From Corynebacterium amycolatum (GTDB lineage: Bacteria > Actinomycetota > Actinomycetes > Mycobacteriales > Mycobacteriaceae), in the NCBI RefSeq assembly GCF_049243625.1, contig NZ_CP046975.1: 32,000 bases of DNA. One strand, 5' to 3'. This document shows positions 18,949-27,339 of this stretch, piece by piece. Each line of letters begins with the position of its first letter. Position 1 is the first letter of the stretch. Position numbers and translations under genes: made by a program. The notes beneath the pieces were generated by a model. The model saw nothing but the letters and a program-made list of their open reading frames with translations, did no database searches and was not told where the DNA came from.

Positions 18949-21051
18949 ATGCTCGATCCCCAGATGGCATCATCGTCGAATTCGGCAGAACCAACCGCAC
19001 GCGCCCCGTACCAAGTGGGCAGGCGAGGCTTCCTCGTCGGAGCAACTGCCGTGTCAGCTGCGAGTATGATGCCTGCCGTAAGTGGTGCACCTAAGGCAAA
19101 CGCCGCTCCTGCAAACGGGGCTTCTGCCGCCGCGGGGAATTCGACCACCAATTTGAATGTCGGTCGAGGAATGGCCGATATGACAGGCGAGCCACTCGGC
19201 GCTGGCATGAACGGGTATGCGGTCATGGATCAGATCACCTCGGGTCTGCGTCTTCGCCAGATGGCGCGTGCATTCATCTTCGGCGATGACAACGACAACC
19301 GTGTCGTCCACGTCACCGCAGACATGGGGCTCATGTTCCAGTCCATCCAGATGGAAGTTCTGCGGCGTCTCCGAGCTCTTTTCGGAGACCTCTACCATGA
19401 GGGCAACGTGCTTATCTGCGCATCTCACACGCATGTTGCGCCGGGAGGTACGTCGGGCCATCTCATGGTTGACCTGACTACCCTCGGATTCCGTCCCGTC
19501 ACTTTCGAAGCTGTAGTCGTCGGTGTGGTCAAGGCTATTGAACGTGCACACGCTGATTACCAGCCGTCGACTATCCACCTGACCAAGGGGATTGCCAAGG
19601 ATGCGGGTGTCAACCGCTCCCTGCAGGCATTTAAGCGTAACCCTGAAGAAGAGCTGCGTCGCTTCCCCGACGGAGTCAACCCGGAAAGCCATACACTGCA
19701 CGTGAGTCGCGGTGGCCGCGAAGTCGGATTCATTAACTGGTATGGAATTCATCCGACCACCTTCGGTCCCGAGCACACCATCATCGACGGCGACAACAAG
19801 GGCTACGCAGCATGGAAGGTCGAGGTCGACCGCGGGGTTACCCACCGTGAGCCGGCCGATGCCCCCTTTGTCGCCGCATTTACCATGTCGTGCCCGGGTG
19901 ACATCAGCCCGAACATGGGGCTCGTGCCAAATTCGGGCCCAGGCAACGGAGACGAAGCAGAGTCCGCCCGCATTCTCGGTCAGCGTCAGATTGACGCTAC
20001 CCAGGGACAGACCATTGCACTGCCAGGAGGCGGTATCTCCACTGTCCACAAGTGGGTCAACCTTGGCGATGTCGACATCGACGGCCAATTCACGCCCGAC
20101 GGCCAGCCGCACCGCACTGGACCTGCAATCCTCGGTGCGGCCTTCGCAGCCAGTAGCCAGGAGGATGGCGGTGGAGAACCAGCCCTCGGGTTCAACGAAG
20201 GCGAGCGCGGCGGTACGCCGTGGGTGCACCAGCTCAATAACGTCGTACTCCCGAAAAACATCGGGGAGATTCAGGGCAACAAAGAGTGCCTGCTGCCAGT
20301 CGGCTACATCGATGGTCTTCTCCAGCAGACCCACATGTTCTCCATCACCCGCATCGGTGGCTTCACCTTGATCACCAATGGCCTTGAACCCACCACAATG
20401 TCGGGCTACCGCATGCGTCAGCACGTCGCTGAAGTCCTCGGTGTTCCAATCGATACTGTCATCTGCCAGGGCTACACCAACAGCTATGGCCACTACGTCG
20501 CTACCCCAGAGGAATACGATCAGCAGGACTACGAGGGCGGCGCAACGGCTTTCGGCAAGTACACGCTCAGTGCGATGATTTCCATTTATCACAATCTCGC
20601 TCACGCGCTTGCCGACGGCATTGCGGTCGAGCCAGGCCGTGCGGCAGGCGATCTCACTGGCATCATCCCGCCGTCGCCAGCAGGAGGAAAGGTTATCGAT
20701 TCCGCTCCAATGGGCAAGAATTTTGGTGACGTGCTTGAATCCACGGCAAGCGTCACGGTAGGGCAGAAAGCCGTTGCCCAATTCGTCGCGGCAAATCCGA
20801 ATAACGACTTGCGACTGGAAGACGGCTACCTACTTATCAAGAATGACCGCGGTGAGATTGTTTCCGACGACTGGGACCAGGCAACTGTCATTGAATTTGC
20901 CAAGGACGGTATTTATACCACCGCCAAGGTCTCTTGGGAGACCGGAGGAGTCGCGCCGGGCAAGTATGACATCATCGTGCGTGGTAGCGCGTTGGGTGTT
21001 GGTGATTCATTGAACGAATTCGAGGGAGTCGCTTCGGTGGAGCTCGTGTAA
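18949..21051 (+). CDS. Tat-secreted neutral/alkaline ceramidase
   Basis: 700 aa. Twin-arginine signal (GRRGFLVGATAVSAASMMPAVSGAPKANA|A). Ceramidase_alk-type motifs GRGMADMTGEPLGAGMNGYA and ASHTHVAPGG, plus the C-terminal beta domain. SD GAGGA lies upstream of the ATG. Confidence 0.88.
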   Translation: MLDPQMASSSNSAEPTARAPYQVGRRGFLVGATAVSAASMMPAVSGAPKANAAPANGASAAAGNSTTNLNVGRGMADMTGEPLGAGMNGYAVMDQITSGLRLRQMARAFIFGDDNDNRVVHVTADMGLMFQSIQMEVLRRLRALFGDLYHEGNVLICASHTHVAPGGTSGHLMVDLTTLGFRPVTFEAVVVGVVKAIERAHADYQPSTIHLTKGIAKDAGVNRSLQAFKRNPEEELRRFPDGVNPESHTLHVSRGGREVGFINWYGIHPTTFGPEHTIIDGDNKGYAAWKVEVDRGVTHREPADAPFVAAFTMSCPGDISPNMGLVPNSGPGNGDEAESARILGQRQIDATQGQTIALPGGGISTVHKWVNLGDVDIDGQFTPDGQPHRTGPAILGAAFAASSQEDGGGEPALGFNEGERGGTPWVHQLNNVVLPKNIGEIQGNKECLLPVGYIDGLLQQTHMFSITRIGGFTLITNGLEPTTMSGYRMRQHVAEVLGVPIDTVICQGYTNSYGHYVATPEEYDQQDYEGGATAFGKYTLSAMISIYHNLAHALADGIAVEPGRAAGDLTGIIPPSPAGGKVIDSAPMGKNFGDVLESTASVTVGQKAVAQFVAANPNNDLRLEDGYLLIKNDRGEIVSDDWDQATVIEFAKDGIYTTAKVSWETGGVAPGKYDIIVRGSALGVGDSLNEFEGVASVELV

Positions 21052-21072
21052 GAACGTCCAATTAAATACATT

Positions 21073-21153
21073 AATGCGCACAACGTGACTTATACTTTGG
21101 CCCATTAAAATCTCATCAAGGGCTTGTCTCACGTATAGTCCGTTGTGCGCATT
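21073..21153. repeat. Long imperfect inverted repeat/hairpin in an AT-rich spacer
   Basis: AATGCGCACAACG (21073-21085) pairs perfectly with CGTTGTGCGCATT (21141-21153). Pairing extends through GAC/GTC and TATAC/GTATA with two single-T bulges, giving about 21 bp. The loop is about 37 nt, and ATTTGTATGT follows. Confidence 0.6.
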
Positions 21154-21194
21154 ATTTGTATGTATCCGTCAATTTGGCAGGAGCAGTCTGCTTC

Positions 21195-22412
21195 ATGAAT
21201 ACCCCAAACAATCCATACAGCAACAACGATCCTTACGGTGACGGCAGCCGGGACAATGAGTCCAGTAACTATGACTCCCAGAGCCACGGTTTTCCCAACA
21301 ATGGTTCGCAGGACTACAACCCTTACGGGGTCGATTCGGACGCACAACATGGCTCGCGTGGACCAGAGGATTCGCCACAGTGGAATCAGGCTCACGGTAG
21401 GGAACAGGCCTATGGCGATATTCCGTCCTACGGAACTGGCGAGCCAAGCGAGAACTATGGTGGCCAGCCCTATGGTGCGGGATCAAGCTACTGGCAGCAA
21501 CCGGCAGGGGGGAATCCTGCAGCCGGTGCACTTGCTCCCGGAGTCAACATGCCAGGTGGCAATGAGCCACCGGTGAAGCCTGTGGCACAAGGGCCGACGA
21601 AGGTCGACATTGGAAGTGCCTTTTCCGCAGCGTTTCGTAGTCTAAATAGCAATTTTGCTTCTTGGCTTGGCGTCATGCTGACGTTCTTCGCCGTACTAGT
21701 CGCCCTGATTGTTGGCGCAGCGGCAATTCTCTTTGCCTCTGGTGACTTCGATCCGGAATTTGAGCCGAACTATCCAGGCGATGTTCCGTTTGAGGATCTA
21801 GGGTCAATGTTCGCGACTGTCGGCGCGATGGCACTCCTATTTGCCGTGGGCATGTTCGCGATGCAGGCATTTATGCTGCGCGGTGCATTCGAAGCTGTCG
21901 ATGGGAGAGTGCCGAACTACGGTACTTTCTTCCGTGTAAACAGGTGGGGATCTCTTATCGGTGTCTACATTGTCACGTTCCTGGTGGGACTGCTCGCCAT
22001 GCTGCCGGGGATGGTGCTCTTCATCGCTGGAGTATCCCTGTCCGCCAATGGCAGTGAAGCTGCCGCGGCGATGATTCCACTGGGCTACTTGGTTTTGTTG
22101 TTGACGTCGATTTTCATCATGCCAATTACAGCGACTATGCCACTACTTGTTTTCGATGGTCGAGCAACTGCGCTTGAGGCGCCGGTTGTCGCTTGGCGCC
22201 TGGTAAAGCCCCAATATTGGACGATGCTTGTTGCATTCATACTGACGTCGATTGTTTCTTCCGCAGGTGCGATGCTCTTCTATATTGGCATCTTGTACAC
22301 AATGCCGCTGGCTATGCTGGTTCAGGTGCACATCTACCGCCAGCTCATCGGTGGCCGTCGAGTTATTAATGAAGCGCAGGAAAATCCGGGCTATTACCCT
22401 CCGCAGCAGTAG
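21195..22412 (+). CDS. Polytopic membrane protein with a low-complexity N-terminal domain rich in Pro, Gly, Tyr, Asn and Gln
   Basis: ATG 21195 (MNTPNNPYSNNDPYG...). About 135 aa are repetitive and disordered (PYG, YG and SxNY motifs), followed by about 6 predicted TM segments. I cannot name a family with confidence. Confidence 0.75.
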   Translation: MNTPNNPYSNNDPYGDGSRDNESSNYDSQSHGFPNNGSQDYNPYGVDSDAQHGSRGPEDSPQWNQAHGREQAYGDIPSYGTGEPSENYGGQPYGAGSSYWQQPAGGNPAAGALAPGVNMPGGNEPPVKPVAQGPTKVDIGSAFSAAFRSLNSNFASWLGVMLTFFAVLVALIVGAAAILFASGDFDPEFEPNYPGDVPFEDLGSMFATVGAMALLFAVGMFAMQAFMLRGAFEAVDGRVPNYGTFFRVNRWGSLIGVYIVTFLVGLLAMLPGMVLFIAGVSLSANGSEAAAAMIPLGYLVLLLTSIFIMPITATMPLLVFDGRATALEAPVVAWRLVKPQYWTMLVAFILTSIVSSAGAMLFYIGILYTMPLAMLVQVHIYRQLIGGRRVINEAQENPGYYPPQQ

Positions 22413-22430
22413 CCGAAACGAATAAGAAAA

Positions 22431-22470
22431 AGCGCCCAAGGAACCGGTACAAATTGGTTCCTTGGGCGCT
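22431..22470. terminator. Bidirectional intrinsic terminator between the membrane-protein gene and ahpD
   Basis: AGCGCCCAAGGAACC-ggtacaaatt-GGTTCCTTGGGCGCT, a perfect 15-bp stem flanked by AAAAA upstream and ATTT downstream. Confidence 0.8.
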
Positions 22471-22537
22471 ATTTGATCAGCAGGAAATCCTGCGGGGGAG
22501 CGTTCGACTATCAAAGCCGAACGTATCCTCCTAATAT

Positions 22538-23062
22538 TTAGCGGGTAGCCTCAGCGAAGACAGCCTGTGCAATACCAGAGACGGTGCCTGCAATCTTCAC
22601 AGCTTCCCAGACCTGCTCCTTGGTCAGACCAGCATCGCGGACGACCTTTGCGTGGGAGGTCACGCATGCTTCACAGCCGTTGATGGCAGAAACTGCCAGA
22701 GACCACAGCTCGAAGTCTTCCTTCTCGGCACCCGGATTGGAGATGATGTTCATGCGCAGACCGAACTTGACCTGTGCGTAGTCATCACCGAGCATGTGGC
22801 GAGTGCGGTAAGCGACGTTGTTCATGCCCATAACGGTAGCCGCACCAAGCGCAGACTCGAAAGCCTCGTCAGACAGGTGCTCCTTGGCTTCCTCAGCAAT
22901 CTCGGAGAAGACGGTCTCGTTGCGGGTGGCAGCAGCAGATGCAAGCAGGGTACCCCACAGCTGCTGCTCGGAGAGTTCCGTAGAACGGGTGAGAGTGCCA
23001 AGGTTCAGCTTCATGTCCTTGGCGTACTCCGGTAGGCCGGAACGAAGGTTATCGATGCTCAT
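22538..23062 (-). CDS. ahpD: Alkylhydroperoxidase AhpD
   Basis: 174 aa. Carboxymuconolactone decarboxylase/AhpD fold with a CxxC motif ([10 protein letters not shown]). Lies 5 nt downstream of ahpC. Confidence 0.92.
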   Translation of the reverse strand: MSIDNLRSGLPEYAKDMKLNLGTLTRSTELSEQQLWGTLLASAAATRNETVFSEIAEEAKEHLSDEAFESALGAATVMGMNNVAYRTRHMLGDDYAQVKFGLRMNIISNPGAEKEDFELWSLAVSAINGCEACVTSHAKVVRDAGLTKEQVWEAVKIAGTVSGIAQAVFAEATR

Positions 23063-23067
23063 ATGAG

Positions 23068-23664
23068 TTACTTCAGCTCCTGCTTCAGAACATCCATCTT
23101 GTCGATGTTCTTGGTCGGGTCATTCTTCTGCCAGTTACATGCGCAGACCTCTTCAGACTGAAGAGCGTCGAGAACACGCAGAACCTCGTCAACGTTACGA
23201 CCGACAGCGTCCGGGGTAACGGAGACGAACTGAATGATGCCGTCCGGGTCAATGATGAAGGTTGCGCGATCTGCAACACCGTCAGCGTTCTCGACGCCGA
23301 GTGCACGCATCAGGTCGTGGCGGATGTCGGAGAACATCGGGAACGGGATGTCCAGTAGTTCCTCGTGGGTTGCACGCCAGTTGAAGTGGGAGAACTCGTT
23401 GTCGCCAGAGCCACCGAGAATAACGGTGTCGCGGTCTTCGAATTCCTCGTTCAGCTTGCCGAATGCAGCAATCTCCGTCGGGCAGACAAAGGTGAAGTCC
23501 TTCGGGTAGAAGAAGACGACTTTCCACTTACCCTCGTAGGACTCATTGGTTACCTGCTCGAAGTAGTCATCCGGAGAAGAAGCGTTTGCATCACGCAGGT
23601 TGCCGCCCTTGAGAGCGGTTAGAGAAAACTCGGGGAACTTGTCGCCAACAGTCAAAATTGCCAT
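23068..23664 (-). CDS. ahpC: Peroxiredoxin AhpC (actinobacterial type)
   Basis: 198 aa. Peroxidatic Cys context FVCPTE and a C-terminal resolving Cys region (EEVCACNW). Strong SD AGGAGG. Confidence 0.95.
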   Translation of the reverse strand: MAILTVGDKFPEFSLTALKGGNLRDANASSPDDYFEQVTNESYEGKWKVVFFYPKDFTFVCPTEIAAFGKLNEEFEDRDTVILGGSGDNEFSHFNWRATHEELLDIPFPMFSDIRHDLMRALGVENADGVADRATFIIDPDGIIQFVSVTPDAVGRNVDEVLRVLDALQSEEVCACNWQKNDPTKNIDKMDVLKQELK

Positions 23665-23745
23665 GGAATCCTCCTGAATGTATTCCTTCTGGGGTCACAC
23701 GCCATTATGCCTATGGATTCCCAAACCGTCAAGAGGAAAAAGTTA

Positions 23746-23765
23746 ATAAGCTCGTGTAAGCTTAT
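23746..23765. promoter_or_regulatory. Perfect palindrome ATAAGCT-CGTGTA-AGCTTAT (contains T-N11-A); candidate OxyR operator
   Basis: Seen directly in the 105-bp ahpC/oxyR divergent spacer. It ends 4 nt before the oxyR ATG. Confidence 0.4.
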
Positions 23766-23769
23766 AGGT

Positions 23770-24702
23770 ATGCGTAATAGAGATTATCGGCCCACTTTGC
23801 CTCAGTTACGTGCCTTTGTCGCGATTGCCGATACCGGTCACTTCGGTCAAGCCGCTGCCCGTCTCGGCATTTCACAGCCCAGCCTGTCACAAGCGCTTTC
23901 CACCCTTGAGCAGGGACTGGGGGTGCAGCTTGTAGAGCGTTCGACTCGCCGAGTGCTGGTGACGCCACTCGGTCGCGGTCTGATTCCTTATGCACGCCAA
24001 GCATCTGAAATTGTTGACGAGATTGTTGCTCGCGCATCTGGCCGTACAGATGATTTGTCCGGACCACTATCCATTGGTGTTATCCCTACGGTTGCTCCAT
24101 ACGTGCTGCCCAACTTCCTCCAGTTAGTTCGTGACGAGCTGCCAGATCTAAGGCCTAGGATCGTCGAGGAGCCGACCGAGCGCCTCATCGAATCACTTCG
24201 TTCCGGCACCATTGATGCAGCCATCATGGCACTGCCGTCCGATGTGCCTTCCTTTGAAGAAATTTACCTCTACGACGAAGAGTTCTACATCGTCGTGCCA
24301 GACGATCATCCGCTGGCAGGTAAGGAAGACGTAAAGCTTGAGGCAATCAGGGACTTGGACTTGCTCCTACTTGACGACGGTCATTGCCTGCGTGACCAGG
24401 TGTTGGATATCTGTCGCAAGGTCGATGCTGTTCACGGCGAGACCTCCGGCTTGGAAACACGGGCGGCTTCTCTATCGACCGTCGTGCAGTGTGTTGCCGG
24501 TGGGTTGGGGCAGTCGCTTGTGCCGGAATCGGCTGTCAAGATTGAGGCGGACCGTCCCGGTCTGGCTGTTGCGCGATTCGAGGGTCCGGCACGGCCGGGA
24601 CGCACCATTGGGCTGGTTCACCGGGCATCATCGGTACGCGGCGGCGAGTTCAATCGAATTGCCGAACTGGTACGGCAGGCATACATAGACGCTATTGCCT
24701 AA
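23770..24702 (+). CDS. oxyR: LysR-family peroxide-sensing regulator OxyR
   Basis: 310 aa from ATG 23770 (MRNRDYRPTLPQLRAFVAIADTGHFGQAAARLGISQPSLSQAL). Contains the DDGHCLRDQ redox-Cys region. Divergent from ahpCD. Confidence 0.9.
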   Translation: MRNRDYRPTLPQLRAFVAIADTGHFGQAAARLGISQPSLSQALSTLEQGLGVQLVERSTRRVLVTPLGRGLIPYARQASEIVDEIVARASGRTDDLSGPLSIGVIPTVAPYVLPNFLQLVRDELPDLRPRIVEEPTERLIESLRSGTIDAAIMALPSDVPSFEEIYLYDEEFYIVVPDDHPLAGKEDVKLEAIRDLDLLLLDDGHCLRDQVLDICRKVDAVHGETSGLETRAASLSTVVQCVAGGLGQSLVPESAVKIEADRPGLAVARFEGPARPGRTIGLVHRASSVRGGEFNRIAELVRQAYIDAIA

Positions 24703-24743
24703 AGCTCTCTTGGCGCATGTTGCAGTAGCGTACGAAGTAAGCC

Positions 24744-24772
24744 AAACCGGGCTGGCAGTTCCAGCCCGGTTT
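24744..24772. terminator. Bidirectional terminator between oxyR and the helicase gene
   Basis: AAACCGGGCTGG-cagtt-CCAGCCCGGTTT, a perfect 12-bp stem with A/T flanks built into the arms. Confidence 0.75.
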
Positions 24773-24777
24773 AGCGT

Positions 24778-27321
24778 TTATCCCTGAATAATTCGCAGTG
24801 ATGCCAACCTGACTTCGCCGCATTCATCAGATGCAGCCAAGTCAACGTTCGCTTCAAAGCGCCAACCGTGGTCACCCTCAGGATCATCGAGTATCTGGAT
24901 CACATGCCATAGGCCCTCACCAGCCTTGCGGTCAATCGAAATCATATCGCCGCCGCGAGCCTTAGCATCGATGCCTAGGTCATCGTATTCATCGAAGTAG
25001 TCATCCATCGCGGCAGGCCAATCTGGTGCGTCGTCGAGGTAGTTGTCCAGGTCGGCCAGCTCCTCCTCCTTTTCAAAGGCAAAGAGCTGCACGTGGCGGA
25101 ACATGAGATTGCGCACCATACGGGTAAATGCACGCTCATTGCCGGTAAGAGGCCGCGACTCGTCGGTGCCAAAAGCCGCTTCCTTGAGAGTTTCTTCGTC
25201 CAATGGCTTGTCCGGATCGGCCATCTGCGCCCATTCATCTACCAGGGAGTTATCCACCTGCACAACGAGCTCGCCGAGCCATTCCACAATGTCCCGGAGC
25301 TCCTCGTTAGCAGCTTCCGGTGGGAGAGTGTGTCGCAAAGTGCGCCAGGCATCGGTGAGGTAGCGCAAGAAAATACCTTCGGAGCGGGCGATTCCGTACT
25401 CAGATACCACATCCGAAAAAGTCATGGCCTTTTCCACCATCTCGCGCACCACAGATTTGGGCGACAGCGAAAACTCACGCACCCACGGGTGACCTTGGGC
25501 ATAGGTGTCGAATGCGCCCTCCAGCTTGTCGGCAAGCGGCATCGGCCATGTGATGTCTTCGACGATGTTCATACGTTCGGTGTAATCAACGCCTTCGGCC
25601 TTGAGCGCGGCAATTTCTTCACCGCGTGCCTTTTTCTGCTGCGCGATGAGCAGCGGGCGAGGGTCTTCCAGAATTGACTCAAACACACTGATGACATCGA
25701 GTGCGTAGTTCGGGCTGTCCTTATCCAGCAGTTCGAGCGCGGCGATGGCGAAAGGCGACAGTGGTTGGTTGAGCGCGAAGTCACGCTGCAGCTCCATTGT
25801 CAGCTCGGGGCGGCAGTCATCGCCCTCGCCATGCGTGACGACGATTCCCGCGTTGACCAAACCGCGGTAGAGCTCAATTGCGGTCAGAATAGCCTCGTTT
25901 TGCTGGTGGCGGGTGTCGTGATTGGTGCGCAGCAGATGACGCATGTGTTCGTAGGTATCGCCCCCACGTGCAATGACGTTGAGCAACATACCGTTGGTAA
26001 CTGCAAAGCGACTGGTCAGCGGCTCTGGTGGCTGAGAAACGATTTTGTCGAAGGTCTTCTCCGACCATGTCACTTCGCCCTTGGGAACGGACTTCAGCCG
26101 CAACTTCTTCAGTTTGGCCTCATCCTGGCCGGCACGGCGACGCAGCTTGGCATTTTCGATTTCGTGTTCAGGTGCTTCGACAACTACGGTGCCCTCGGTG
26201 TCGTAGCCAGCACGGCCGGCGCGTCCAGCAATCTGGTGGAACTCGCGTGACTTGAGAATACGGCTACGGCGGCCATCGAATTTGGCCAAACCGGTAATTA
26301 GCACCGTACGAATAGGCACGTTGATGCCGACGCCGAGGGTATCCGTGCCACAGATAACCTTCAGCAGACCAGTCTGAGAGAGACGCTCAACCAAACGACG
26401 GTACTTCGGCAGCATTCCCGCATGGTGGACGCCAATGCCCTGGCGCACCAACTTGGAAAGAACTCGACCAAAGGCCGTGGTAAACCGGAAATCGCCAATC
26501 TCCTCGCGAATCCGCTCCTTTTCCTCCTTCGTCAGCAGCTTCAGACCGGTCAGTGCTTGAGCCTGTTCAGCTGCTTGGCGCTGGGAGAAAAAGACGATGT
26601 AGATTGGGGCTTTTCCGGATTTCAGCAACTCCGCCAGCGTGTCATGAACTGGCGTGTAGACATAGTGGAAATCCAACGGCACCGGGCGCGTCGTACCTGT
26701 AACGAGGTTGACGTCGAGGCCCGTGCGTTCCTTCAGATCCGTCTCAAACTTTTGAGTATCGCCGAGAGTGGCGGACATCAACAAGAATTGGCAACGGGAA
26801 AGCTCGAGCAGTGGCACCTGCCATGCCCAGCCGCGGTCGGGATCCGCATAGAAGTGGAATTCATCCATTACCACCTGGTCAATATCGGCGTCGGCCCCGT
26901 CGCGCAGGGCGATATTGGCGACAATTTCCGCAGTTGCGCAGATGATGGGGGCGCCGCCGTTGACGGTGGCATCGCCGGTCATCATACCGACATTTTCAGC
27001 GCCAAAGACCTCGCAGAGGGCAAAAAACTTCTCGCTGACCAAGGCCTTAATAGGCGCTGTGTAAAAGCTGCGCTGACCACGGGCAAGCGCGCAGAAATGG
27101 GCGGCTATAGCTACCATCGACTTGCCCGACCCCGTTGGAGTGGCAAGGATGACATGGTCGCCACCAGCCAAACCGATAGCGGCCTCTTCCTGCGCCGGGT
27201 AGAGCGTGATGCCCTGGTCCCTGGTCCAGGCAATGAATGAGTCCATAATCGCATCGTCGAAAAGGGACTCAGGAACCTCAGCTAGGTTGGGAAGCATTTC
27301 AGATAGTGACACGCTTCCCAC
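24778..27321 (-). CDS. Ski2-like DEAD/DEAH-box helicase with a DUF3516-type C-terminal domain
   Basis: 847 aa. Motif I ATPTGSGKS, II DEFH, III SAT and VI QIAGRAGRAGYD, plus a C-terminal region of about 400 aa. The start is uncertain (GTG 27321, GTG 27312 or ATG 27297). Confidence 0.88.
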   Translation of the reverse strand: MGSVSLSEMLPNLAEVPESLFDDAIMDSFIAWTRDQGITLYPAQEEAAIGLAGGDHVILATPTGSGKSMVAIAAHFCALARGQRSFYTAPIKALVSEKFFALCEVFGAENVGMMTGDATVNGGAPIICATAEIVANIALRDGADADIDQVVMDEFHFYADPDRGWAWQVPLLELSRCQFLLMSATLGDTQKFETDLKERTGLDVNLVTGTTRPVPLDFHYVYTPVHDTLAELLKSGKAPIYIVFFSQRQAAEQAQALTGLKLLTKEEKERIREEIGDFRFTTAFGRVLSKLVRQGIGVHHAGMLPKYRRLVERLSQTGLLKVICGTDTLGVGINVPIRTVLITGLAKFDGRRSRILKSREFHQIAGRAGRAGYDTEGTVVVEAPEHEIENAKLRRRAGQDEAKLKKLRLKSVPKGEVTWSEKTFDKIVSQPPEPLTSRFAVTNGMLLNVIARGGDTYEHMRHLLRTNHDTRHQQNEAILTAIELYRGLVNAGIVVTHGEGDDCRPELTMELQRDFALNQPLSPFAIAALELLDKDSPNYALDVISVFESILEDPRPLLIAQQKKARGEEIAALKAEGVDYTERMNIVEDITWPMPLADKLEGAFDTYAQGHPWVREFSLSPKSVVREMVEKAMTFSDVVSEYGIARSEGIFLRYLTDAWRTLRHTLPPEAANEELRDIVEWLGELVVQVDNSLVDEWAQMADPDKPLDEETLKEAAFGTDESRPLTGNERAFTRMVRNLMFRHVQLFAFEKEEELADLDNYLDDAPDWPAAMDDYFDEYDDLGIDAKARGGDMISIDRKAGEGLWHVIQILDDPEGDHGWRFEANVDLAASDECGEVRLASLRIIQG

Positions 27322-27339
27322 CCTAGCGGTAACCCCGGA

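Noticed and set aside
19054-20781. A 575-aa ORF antisense to the ceramidase gene, the longest non-annotated ORF in the window
   Set aside because: It is fully nested antisense within a gene that has strong family motifs. Its translation is Arg/Cys/Trp-rich with no recognisable domain, and no SD or start context stands out. This is typical of a shadow ORF in GC-biased coding DNA. Ribo-seq would be needed to revive it.
21156-21194. Upstream extensions in the ORF track: 21156 (membrane protein), 23707 (oxyR), 28727 (DUF4192) and 5907 (ptsH)
   Set aside because: The extensions add residues that do not fit the families. Internal ATGs at 21195, 23770, 28787 and 5865 give family-typical N-termini (for HPr, His15). 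An identifiable SD is present only upstream of 21195 and 28787.
26422-27240. A 272-aa ORF antisense to the DUF3516 helicase, plus 25093-25677 and 25765-26250
   Set aside because: These are shadow ORFs nested in a helicase gene with all canonical motifs. They have no domain features.
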